The notes under the pieces are model-generated. The model had not been told where the DNA came from, ran no database searches, and saw only the letters and a program-made list of their open reading frames with translations. Below, one piece after another: positions 42,615-55,600 of a DNA stretch of 64,000 nucleotides. Each line of letters begins with the position of its first letter. Positions within the stretch are counted from its first letter, which is position 1. Source of the DNA: Tubulanus polymorphus (taxonomy: Eukaryota > Animalia > Nemertea); assembly GCF_964204645.1 (NCBI RefSeq), contig NC_134026.1, positions 24,772,150 through 24,836,149 on the forward strand, in the 5' to 3' direction. Made by a program: the position numbers and the translations under genes.

Positions 42615-45600
42615 ATACTTGCCCTTATACAATTTTGAAGAATTTCAGGTTTACTGCATCATGCTTTTGATTTTTATTGTAAATGAAAACTAAGAAAAAA
42701 TTTGTAAAATACCTGTTACGCTATATGGCTTGTAAATATATGTACATTATCTATATTTTACATCCTGTTTTGTTACATCACTTTGAAGGTCAGAGCTGTT
42801 ATTTATTTGACCCCAAGAAGGGTGCCATTGGTCATGAGCCTGTTTCCATAAATCTACTAGTCCTAAAGTTTTATCTGATCACTACTAAGTATTCCATGGA
42901 CCAGCAGCTACAAGCTGTTCTTGGATTTATAAATCCCTAAACGATGGGGCCATTGACAAAACATTGAGCTATGTATCCATCCTACAGGTTCACCAAGAAC
43001 CTTTATGTCTGATACCAGTGCTTGGCGCACTAGGATCATAGAGCGACAGATCTCTGTGGATACAACCACTCGCAGGACTGGGTAAACCAACACGCCGCTT
43101 GTTTTTATTCATGGAGGCATACTTAAAGTTTACTAACTTGGCGAACAACTTATGGCCAGCAGTAATTCTTCCTTGATGCTAGATTTAATGTGAATAGGCC
43201 CACCAACTTACCGGTAAGACATTTATTCATAAATTGCAGATGAAGCTTAAACCAAAGAGCAGAAAAACTCAATAAATACAGTGACATTGTCGAGTCTAAA
43301 TTTTATTCCGCCCAACATTTAAAATGAAATCACACATATCTACATCATTCAATAAATAAATCTTTTTCTTAGAGACAACTGTACAAATGCAGTTCCAATC
43401 ATCTAAAACAACCTATCATAATTGCGAGAGTTTGTTTAAGAAAGGAAAATTTTTCTCGATAGATTGAATTATGTAACCAATAAGACAAGCAACCAGGTGC
43501 AGATGGGAAAATGCCACACCAAGAATCAAGAAAAAGAACGAAATACAAGCCAAAATGATTAAAATACAATGCTAATGAATCATATGTTGATGGCGTTGTA
43601 CATACTACTTCAGTGGCACCTAAGTATAACGACCTCAGATATAACAATTCATTGGTTACCATATAATAAACCTAGAATTTCATTCCAAATAGGTGAATTT
43701 TAATAATTTCATGCTGGATATAACCATGGATGTATGAACTAGATTTATAATCTAGGTTATAAGTCAATGATAAAGCAAACAATTACTTATGACCAACACA
43801 TTTTCTGATCCTCTGAAATTCTTTGTAATGAGGTTCTACTGCATTGTTTTACCACTTCTCTAGAACAAGAGCCATCTATCAAATACCGGTACATGAGTAT
43901 GAAACTTATCAGCTTATGGCGCCTTATTAAGAAATGAAATAAAGTCATAAGTTGAGCTAGAAGTTCAAGCCTCAACTTTGACCACAACAGTGTATTATAT
44001 ATAGACTGAATCAAGTTGTCTGAACAAACAACTAAATCAATAGTTCAAAGTTTGATGGAAAATTAAGGTAACATACTGTTACTTATTCATGACTTGAATG
44101 AAGTCGATCAGATTTCAAAATTGATTCCAACTGTGAGGACAAATTATATTTACACTAGAGTCTTATCTGGTCAACTCAATGTGTGCAGGTGTTCTGTTAC
44201 AAAATATTGGTAAAATATTATGAATTTTGGAAACTCGCTTCCAGTTTATGATACAATCTTTTCGAATGATACCACGTCTTAACAACCAAAACTGGATTGC
44301 ATTTTCATATCTAGACAAGAATTTCATGAAAAGGTTGTGGTTTGTGAAATTTCGGGCTTGCTTCTACAGTTCTCAAACTCGACTACAAAATGACATGTAC
44401 AATAATGTACATCTAGTTTTGGGGTATATCATAGATATATATCCATGGGTATATCATATCAGTACATGTACATTTTTTACAATATATATTCATATGTTTA
44501 CACTGGACTAGGAAACAAAAACCATTCATATATGACCTACTGATACTTACTGAATTTGTGCAGGGATTTAATCGCATTGCTTATGTACACAATTCATATT
44601 CTGTCATTATTTCCGCTAATTCAGTGAAAAACAATTTTGATAATACCGCTAATAATAAGCAAGATATTTGTGTTGGATGGATCAGATGTACATGAACATT
44701 TTTATCAAAGTGAAACTATTCATTTTTCGAAACTACTGACAGATTAAAACTTCAACGTATGTGTATCCATTAATGCAGCGATGTCTCCATATACAATATA
44801 GTGTTCATTGACCAGTTGGTTTAATTTTCCATGCAAATACAGTAAAGATATAAAGTCTAAAATGCGGAGAAATATACTGTACATCAAAAGAGACAAAATA
44901 GAACAGCATCTATAAATACCAGAATTAACATATTCATGATGTCAATAGTTACTGGGATACACAGAAAGTGATAGTTGAAATCTCTGCGAAAATGATGTAG
45001 TAAAAAGAGGTTCGCTTCAACACTTGATTAAATAAAACATTTCGATATAGATACAAGTTTAAAAGTCAATATTATTCAAGATTTATATCTATACAGTCCG
45101 AGTAATCCGGCGCTAACGTGACTCTTGATTCGAAATTTCGGTTTGAATTTACCAGGTTCTTGGAAAGTAGCTGATGAGCAACCAGGCAATGCACATGTAT
45201 CTACGCATCATCATTGTCATCAACATCTATCAATGAAACTTCCAAATCACCGACTCAGGTGTATTTACTCCTTATTCTAGTGTTTAGCCAATGAAAGGCC
45301 ACAGTTGTGATTCCGATATTGTAAGACATAGTTTTTCATTGAGACAGATGTTTTATCATTTATTCTTTTATCGCCCTGAAATATATTACATAATTAATCA
45401 GTATGTATACAGAAAACAATATGCAAATCATCAAACAGCAAATTTATTGAATTTAAATGATTGTTTATCACATTCAGTATCCAGTTAATAAAATTTTCTG
45501 ATTTCAGACAAAAGGTTTCGAATGTAACCGCATATGATTACTGGTAATTGGAAATGTCAAGCTTTGTTATAAACAATGAGGTACCATCGTTAATTAAAAA

Positions 45601-45746
45601 ATTCATTTGTCTTGAAGGTTCACAAAATCTTACATTAGAGACCCCTTTTCACCACAACTATATCTTTTCATTTTCAAATTTTCCATCGATATTCAAATGA
45701 ACTAACAATTAACTAACAGATTATAGACCATGTGACTTAAACATAT

Positions 45747-48210
45747 TTAAATGAATGATACTAACCCTTTCTTACCTTTGGATTTGCAATCGGGAAGTCG
45801 TTGCTGTGCAGTGGCAGGAGTTGCCACAGGTTGCGTGCCCGTTGCAATCTGTGCCGATGCTTTCTGTTTGAGCATCGTCCAGTCAAATGTATAATCGTAC
45901 TGATGATTAAGAGTACGGAACAATATACGGAAGAGTTGGCGCAAGTACATGTAATCTGGGGCTTCTTCGAAACGTAATCCTCGACAATAATTCAAGTACA
46001 TAGCGAATTCCGCAGGGAAACCCTAATGATAAACGAAACAATGAATTAGCCAATTACAATTACACACAAGTGACGAAGGCTAACAAGAATGAGAGCATTT
46101 TTAGATCCCTTTGCATTGCAAATAACAAATCAGAGTTTCACTATTAAGTTAATACCTTGCATAAACTTTCCACTGCAGTCGACATCTTTTTTTCACTGAT
46201 TTTTTCATATTTCTGTTTTTTGGTAGCTGCCTAAAAGATGAATTTACATCGAAAACATTTACAATAGCAACTCAAATGGTTAAGATTCACAATATGATGA
46301 TCTCAACAGTAGAACAAGGTATTTACTTTTAAACCCTGCCATGGGAGACCACCTCTGTTGAAGTACATCAATACATAGCCTAGTGACTCCATATCATCCC
46401 TCCTGCTTTGTTCGATTCCAAGATGTGCATTAATACTCGCATATCGCGCAGTCCCCGTCAAATTTTTATCTTCTCTGTAATTAATATGAGCTCGTGATCT
46501 GTTGTCTCTGTATTTCTTCGCTAATCCGAAATCAATCAAGAAAACCTGTAAATAAAATATTTGATTATACAAAGTACACAATACATGATAATACAGATAG
46601 AAGTGAATATATACAGTTAAATTCATGCATGAAATACCTTATTACAATGGCGACCAATACCCATTAAAAAGTTATCTGGTTTGATGTCTCTATGAATGAA
46701 ATTTTTGTTATGTACATATTCTATCCTTCCAATCATCTGGAAATAAACATGAAATATCACCATATATCACCAAAACTATCATCAGGGCTGAGAAGATTCA
46801 ACACCAGTCACTTTCCTCAAGTGAAATATTTCACTATATGATGTGGCAAAAAATCTTGACAATATAATTAATTTGGTTACTGCAGCACTGAGTGTCACAA
46901 ATGCGAAAGGCCAAGTGATATCATTTCAATACTTGGTAAACAAACCAAAAAGGTTTCATTCTTGAAATCGAGCCGATGAATTAGATATGGGAATCCCAGT
47001 TTTCGTGGATAAAGTGAAAATGAAGAAATGCTGGTATTTATGGAATAAACAGACTACTTAGTTCTCACACATTTCTCGTTATGATTAAAAAACCGAAGAA
47101 CGATATCTAGGCCTAACATCAAAAGGTGAAAGTCTAGAATTGATCTAAGATAAGCTTAGATAATATCAAAGCCAAGTTATTTTTACAGTATATATCAGTC
47201 AGCTTGGTTTTTCTCAGGTGAAATTCCAAATTATTAACTTTTTATCAAACCATAGAAACTTACTACGTAAAAACCTCAACAAACCTGATCTGCCAACATA
47301 AGAACTGTTTTCATTGTGAACCTTCTGCCACAGAAGTTGAATAAATCTTCTAGGCTGGGACCTAATAAGTCCATGACCAATACACTATAGTCTCTTTCTG
47401 TACCATACCATCTAAAAGTAAAACAGGTAGCATTTTTTCTAAGTTTCATAAAGTTCAAAATCATTTGCACTAAATCTGACACTCAGTGTCCTTGAAAGAC
47501 ATCATATGGATTCATACCTTATATGTGGGATACCTACACCGCCCTGTAGGATTTTATACAATTTACTCTCATACAAAAGTTGTGGATGTCTGGCTTTCAC
47601 TGATTCAAGTTTTACTGCAACTTCCTGAATCAACCAAAATACAAAATATTAGATCATAGTTCAGTATTGAAAACCAAGTGGCATTATTTACGCCAGTGTG
47701 AATATGAGGTGAAGGATTAGGATTAAAGAAAAGTTTAATTCATCATTGATTGTAGATCTAACAGATTTAACAGTGTTTACATAGAACATATGTTTTGTTC
47801 AAACAAACTCATGAGATTGAGCCGTACCGTACAAACCATACGATTCTAGTCACTGAGGAAAATCGAAATGTGTACTATGAACAGTGGAAACGGTACATTT
47901 GACCTCCTGTCAATGAAGATTCAGCAAAGTGGTCAGGGAAGAAGAATGGAGGGTGAACTGATTAGTCATTTGAGTCGCGATTAAAAATCACTAAATTTAA
48001 AATGTACAAATTCAAAACTGTTAGTACAAGAATGAATCTACAATTCTAATATCCTCTACATCAACAATCAAATACCACAAATCCATTACTTACTTCTCCC
48101 GTCGCGATATTAAGCCCCAAATATATATCACCGAATGAGCCACTTCCAATTTTTCTGAGAAGTCTGTATTTTGAATTAATTAAAAACTCTTTTGAACCGC
48201 TAGAAGCCAT
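45747..48210 (-). CDS. CSNK1A1: Casein kinase I alpha
   Basis: [109 protein letters not shown]. The final exon/stop is uncertain. Confidence 0.95.
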
Positions 48211-48575
48211 CGTTATTGTTTTAATGTCGATTCCTGGTGATAATATAGATATGGGTGATTAGCGTGGTGCCGATAAAACCGAACAAACTTATTTAGAATA
48301 CGCTCGAAATGTGTCTAAAAGACTTCATTTTATTGTGTTTCTCTCTAGGGTGACTATTCCCGTCACTGCTAGTGATGATGCACTGTGGGTAGTTTACACT
48401 AATTGTATGGGACGCCGAAACTAAATTATTAATTTCATTTTCAATTTTCAAGATTTAATTAATCATCCATTCCTCGGCATACAGGATGGTAAGAAAAACA
48501 TAAGCAGTATATTTTAGGTTTTTCTTCAACGCACAAATAGAGAGGCCATAAAAGAACGCGCAACCAACGCTTTCA

Positions 48576-48586
48576 GGATTCGAACC
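48576..48586 (-). promoter_or_regulatory. Isolated Pol III B-box (GGTTCGAATCC) in the divergent CK1a/CLIP promoter
   Basis: The minus strand reads GTGGGTTCGAATCCTG. No A-box or cloverleaf could be built around it. Confidence 0.4.
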
Positions 48587-49671
48587 CACTCTCCGGCGCT
48601 TTTTTCGTGAAGTTGCACATAGCGTAAAAGATTGTGGAATAATTCCAGAAAGAACGGGGATTTATATTTATTCTAAAAATGGTAGGGGCATGATTATAGA
48701 TTAATCAGTGATCTGACTTAGACCATCGTCGTCTAGACTGAACGATACGATGACCGCTACATCACAAACTATCCTCATCGGACGCTACGGCTCAATGAGT
48801 TTTACGGTAACCTTAAACACTTCCCAGTTCCCCAAGGTCGTTGCGCGAATATTTAGTTTTTTAAATTTTGTTTTTTATTGGTTTTAAATCTGTCTGCTGG
48901 AACTTGAAATAAGCTTAAATGGATCTCTTATCTTTGAATCTGCTTGTCTGACTGAGTTGAATCTGCTTAAGAGGACTTTGAAAGGTAAAGCCTATTGTTT
49001 TTTTTTATAAACAAAAGTCAACGTCATGTATTCTACTAAGTTTAAAAAGATTTTAGAATTTAGATTGTTGATGGATGATTTTAATTTTCAGCGTTTTGAT
49101 TAAGCAATTGGTTAATAGCTGTTATTGATATGGGTCATTTAAAGTAATTCATAGTTTGGAGTAATCATTCACTGATTACTCCATGCTCAAAGCATTAGAT
49201 AGTCGATAGAGAGGCTCTTGTCAAAGGTACATGAGCCACCTCCAAAACAGGTTCCATTCCATAGATATTACTGACACTGGAGTAAATATTCTTCTATCCG
49301 AGAAAAATTTGAATTGTTAATTTCCACATAAATGAATAAGATCTGCTATTGTCATCTGGGCATCTCTAGAGAAGTTAGGCCCCTAATTGATTTATAGCAG
49401 TAAATAGCATTACATTTGACACAGTTTGAGAATGTCATGGTCTGTGATCAAACCCATGTCCTTTGGAGCATGCATAAGCCTGTCTTGTGTGTACAGTGTG
49501 GTTGTCACTTTGTACTAAAACCAGTATATTGTGTACATTTCAAAAATATTCTCTTGGGCTTAAGATGCAGTTTTTGCCTTAACTGGATAGCAATTAATTT
49601 AACCCGATTAAAGGAGTAACGCGTGTTTTTGATGGAAATTTCTTGTGACTTAGTAATTCGGTGCTAAAATT

Positions 49672-52600
49672 ATGGAGGAATACAGAGAATGCAGCAAATC
49701 AAAGCTTGATTCATCATTATTGATGGGGTCACAGTTGACAGTTGATTCTGGACATGTTTCTGCTCAGGGTTTAAGTGCAGATCAATTGAAATCTGCCAAA
49801 TGGGTCTGGAATGAACAAGAGCTTGGAGAATTTATCAAAGATGTTAATGCATCATCTGTAGATTATATGGAAAGTTTAATAAGTAATGACGCTGATGATT
49901 ATGAACGTTCAGTAAATGACATTTTTGTACAACGTCTTGATCTAGAAGCTTTAGATTCTTCTATGTATGAAGACGATATTGCGTTAGGAGAGGATTTTTC
50001 TGGTAAACCGTCGATTCGCATAAATGAGGTCTTCCCTTTGGATATCATGGGCAAACTCGAAATCGATGATTCTAATTTAACAATGGATTATTATAGTTTG
50101 GTTGAAACATTCGAAACTCAAAAAGATGGAGTAAGCAACAGAATTGGACTGATTGAGGGAGATAACTGGGCCTGTCTAGACACTACTGTTTTAACAGATG
50201 ATGACAGGCAATCCATTAATGGGTAGGTTATGGTCCAACTATTGGACCTCAATAGGCTTACTTAGGTATACTATTGCCGATGTAACCATAATTCAAAATG
50301 GTTTGGTAATTATCTACTTCAAAATGTGATTTAATTAGCTAAATACTAAAAAAAATGCAAAAAGTGCTACCTGTATTTTTGTTATCAGTAACAAATAATA
50401 ATATCTTTTAAACTGTAAAACCTGGGGGTTATAGCAGAAAAAAACTTGTGCAAATTTTCATGTTTCTCTGATCTGATCTTTTATCTTTCTCCGTGATTAG
50501 AAATTACCGATACATTATCCAGGGACTAAAAAAGTTTTGATATGGAAAATTGCTTTATCATATGAGTCATATCCCTAAGTATAGACTATCTTTAAGTGGC
50601 TGTTTTCATCGTTCTTCTTTCCCGATAAAGATTGAAGCGTCTGGGTTTCTGAAGGATCGAGGCAAAATACTGTGCTATCATCGACGCTGTAATATATAAT
50701 TGATGAAACATTTCTTCAGCTATATCTGACTATATGAACTAGAGAGAGAGAGAGAGATAGTGAGTGAGAGAGAGTAGTATCAGTACATGAACAGTGATTT
50801 GTAAATCATAGATCCTGAATTTCATGTGAATGAACAGGAATTGAACGCAATCTTGTTTCAGACAGCTCTTATATTCTAATTATTGAAGTATGAAGAGGTT
50901 CTATTTAGAAACACAAGACAATGTTATATAACATAATTCACCGCTGTGTGGTTACTGATTAGTTAAATGATTCTCAGGGAGATTTCAGCGATGCATTACA
51001 GACTTTCAGTGTTTAACTCTGGATTATCTGCTCTGGGGAATATGTAAGATCTGCACAAAGATTGCCTGAAAAGAACAGTTGGAAAGGAAAGCATGATTTC
51101 TTGTAGAAGGTATTTGAAGAGTTAGTCCAATTCCTTGATATGTCTGTATCAGTAATCGTTTCATCAACTTTATCATATAGCATTTCTAGTTACATTTATT
51201 TCATCTCATTGTAATTGACATTGATGCATAAGCCATTAATCTTGAGGTATTACGAATACCAGTATCTACGTGAAAGATGATGAATTTCGTTGGGGTAAAT
51301 CTTACCGGTATCTGTGTTGACTAAGCTGTCTTTTTTGTTTACGTTTACGAAAATATTCACTGTAAGAGTTCATCAGAGTGCTAGATGTGATATAATCTCT
51401 TAGCCTATCAATATTACAAAAATGTCTGATATTTCTATCCCATAAGTTTAAACATATTGTCTTATATTGTTATATATTTAATTCTTTCAAGTAAGGCTAT
51501 GTAGTTATTTCGGGATTTACTTGGGGGTATCAGTTGAATGCGTTATAATGCAGGAAGATTTGTGTTGAATCGTTTGAAAAAAAGAGATTGATTCCTTCTG
51601 ATGTAAACTACCAGTATGATGGTGAATGTTTTAGGGATCTTATATCACCTGAAATCTGCTATTACTGCTTGTTTTCCTTCCCGAATGTTTAACTGCTTTT
51701 CAGCGATATTTCTGCCTCACAAGCCATAGAATGTACAACATCTTCATTGATTGCAGCCACCAGCAGTACATGTATTGTCTGTTGGCTCCTTCTTCACGTT
51801 TCCGTCAGTTTTCATAGTGATGTTCTCCAAATAGTCCTTTTTAAAATTTTCATTTTTGAAAATTTTTTCCTGAATACTAGTTTACAATAGTACATTTTTC
51901 TAAAGCTTGTTTTTTCGAATTTCTATTTTAAGAGTTTTGACTACAAGAACAATTATGACGCACACAGATGCAGAAAATGAAGAAACAGCAATGGAGACGG
52001 ACGTCGAAGTTACTCCAAGAACTACCCCGAAAGTTCATCCCGCAGTTGATCCACCGATTTGTGAAGCTTGTGCAAAACTTGATATGACATTCTGTGACCC
52101 TCAATGCTGTGGCTGTAAAAATGTTATAACCAATATGGATACAACGATTGCTCAGATATTTGCTGTAATTCGCCAGTGGACACCTCAGACACAACAGAAT
52201 ATTAAAACGCTCGTCCATGAGGTAGATCAATTGCATTTTCAAAATTAATCTCAATGCAGATATCAATATTGAAGTGTGAATTTCTTTAGATTTTGCGCAG
52301 AGGAGCGAATGCTGATGATAGAGATGGGCTAACTGATATGACTATACTCCAGTATGCAGCCAAAGCTGGAGCTCATGGAATTGGAGATCCAGAAGCTGCT
52401 GCGCTTGCTGTGCAGCTATTGGTTGATAAAGGTGCAGATGTCTTCATCCGATGTCGCTGGACAAACATGACTGCCTTGCATTACGCTGCATACTTTGACG
52501 TTCCGGATGTCATCAGAATTTTGCTGAAAGCATCACGATGTGTCGGTGAGTCAGTAAACAAATTCATAAATTTCACAAGTCAGAACTCAAGAGTAAGATA

Positions 52601-55600
52601 GAAGTAACTGCATAACATTTGATTTTGAGTGTAGATATTGAGAGTGTTTGCACTGAATTTGACCATGGTACACCTCTACATATCGCTGCAATTAATTTGG
52701 CGCTGGAAGCTGCAAAGTGTCTGATACAGAATGGTGCTAATCCTTTATGCAAAGACGGTTATGGACGGACTGCATTAGGTAATTATTTGTTTATAGTAGA
52801 CACCATCGTTTGACTGATATTCCAAATGAGCTTCATGATTTTAAATTGAAAGGAAAAAAATTTCAACTGTGATTTTATGAGTATCGAGCAGCGAGAGGAA
52901 TTCGTTGTATTGATATTTTGCATTTTTTATTGAAATCTTATACATGGCCGAACAGCCAATGAAAGTTTTGCGCTGTTCATCTAAAACAGCTGATGTATAA
53001 TATTGAATTGTTACAGTTAGTCACTTACACCAGGTGTTCCTACTTAAATTATGCCCATTACTATTCAATGATTTTAACCACTGTATTAATGTGACGTACC
53101 ATCCATTTGCATAGGAATATATGTCATTAGAGAATCTGTGATATATTGAACTGAATAGTGCCTCTCTAGAGAGTATTTTTTGGGGATCATTTGATGAGTG
53201 ACAATCCAGGGAATATACCTTAAAAGTGTCTAGATGAATGAGTATTTGTTTATGAGATCGTATGATAGTTATATTACGAGTCCATACCCATACAGGCGAT
53301 GGTCAATAACTTACGCCGCTCTAGTGAAACGTCGCTATTATCATTATGTGGATAGTGATGATGTTGATGATGAAAATGATAAGGGAGGTTCGTAAATTTG
53401 AAAGTGATGTTTTCTCATTGTTTTTATGAATTTTTCTATTCAAACATAATGAATGCTGACATACCACGATAGGCACATATTACCCCAGTACCAATGAGTG
53501 CACATACTTTCACATTGGCTAATTTTTGGCTCTTCTGTTTCATTTTGTTGAGTAGAATGCCTGCCTGATCAGGCCAAAATCGATAAGGATTCAGAAATGG
53601 GGAAATTGGTTGGTAAAATGAGGAAGATGTTATCGGATGCCGAGCCTGCGTCTCCAAAACAATCCCCACCAAATTATGACCTTGTGCCAAGCAAGGTCAC
53701 TTTGCAATCGATCGGAGTAAAATTAGGAGATCGAGTAATTGTTGGAGGCATCAAGGTGATAATTACTCCTATAATTCCAATCATATCTTCGAAAATGAGG
53801 AGTAATATATACATATGTATGATAAATACATGTATATCTTACTATTTCAGGGTGGAACACTGAGGTACTGTGGCCCTACTGAATTTGCTGCAGGGATTTG
53901 GGCAGGGATTGAGTTGGACGAATCCATTGGTAAAAATGATGGAAGTGTTGGAAATATTTCTTATTTCCAGTGCCCTAAAAACCATGGTATGTATATACAC
54001 TTCAACTTTGATGGCCAAACCAAAGGATTCATCCATCCTGTGCCTTTTTGTAATACAGTGTAAATTACTATAGGTATTTTTGCACCTATCAACAAAGTAA
54101 CGAAGGAAGGAAACTCATTTATGCGAACAGCTAAGACAGGTCGAAGAAGTTCTTCTCCACAAGCATTGAGAGCCGTCACTCATCCCAAAATTGACGTATC
54201 CCGAGTTACTGCTAAAGTTAATACAGGTTTGTATCTTTTTCTTTTACTGGTCATTTCATCTTGTTGATTTAGCAATGATATAGAAGTCGAGTAACCAAAT
54301 ATGATCCGGATCAGTGTCATCCAGACTTTGATCTACAGTGGAATCTCATTACAACACACTTACAGAAAATATGTCCTGTTTGGGATCGAGTTATAGTGTA
54401 ATAACTGATAAATGTCCATTTCATCCGAATCCAGGCATTCTAACAACTCTACTGTATTTTTGTTCCACTTGTATTGTAATGTCCAATAAATGCTCCAATC
54501 CCCAATAAAGAACTCATCCAAACACCAATTCTTTTTTTGAAAACTGTTTTGTACTTTTTATTAAAGAGATTTTTATTATTACATTATATTTATATTTTAC
54601 AACATTGTGTTACTAATATATAAACTCAAAAATAAAATGAGCAAACATTAAACCACAATCAGTTATTAAATGTTTTTTACACACGTTTATATCTTGGTCA
54701 AACAAGTGCTTAATCCAAAGATATACACACAAGACTGAAATGAGTTGTGAATAAACGAACTGGATGAAATTAAGTTTCAACCATCAAACAAATAAGCCTA
54801 GAACTAAAGCTGAAAAATCATTTCTACTGTTTTCACCTTTAATTGGACATCACTAGAAAATGGACACTCATTCTACCAATAAATTAAGTTATTATAAAGT
54901 TGTGGGACTTCAACTACATACTTATTGGTAAAAGAAAGTAAAGAAGGGTTCATACTGTAGTCATTGATACTCCAACCTTAAGAACCAAATGTTCATTATA
55001 GCTACTCCTGGTACTAAATGAGGTATGCGCTTAAAACACTGGTTAAATTGAAAATCTATGGTATGAAACACCAGTCTAGTACTGAAACCACAAGAAAAAA
55101 TCACTTTTTGAAATGCCATAGCTTTTTCAGTAGCTTTAGGCACAAAACTTAAACAAGCCTTGAAAAAATGATTACCGGTACTAAATCTTTAGTACAAACC
55201 CTGGTAAAGGCGATGATCTCTTTGCCCCATCCATGATTCGAAAAACCAGGAAATCGAATAACCGTGAAGAAATAAATATGAGGCTATGAGTCTCTTGGCT
55301 TTCTTTTTACAGAAAAGCATGGAAAACATGTCAAATGCATAAATCAAATTATGCTCATGGATTCAATAAATATTCATATAGAACATTAAGTTTATCGAAA
55401 AATACACTTCACTAACATGATTTTCATCAGTTAACGATATATCAAGAGTTCTGATAATTTTTCACCGCCGCAATCAAAATACAAAGACTAATCGTGAAAG
55501 AGGTCATTGATTGTTCTCGTCACTATCTTCCGCATCAGATTCACTATCGCTTAACATTTCATCTCCGCCTTCGCTCGAGCCGAACACCTGACAACGTAAA

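Noticed and set aside
42790-43200. Short ORFs between DDX41 and the CK1a 3' end
   Set aside because: No similarity to known proteins and no coherent splice structure.
48540-48660. Possible tRNA gene around the B-box
   Set aside because: No acceptor stem, D-arm/A-box or anticodon arm could be formed.
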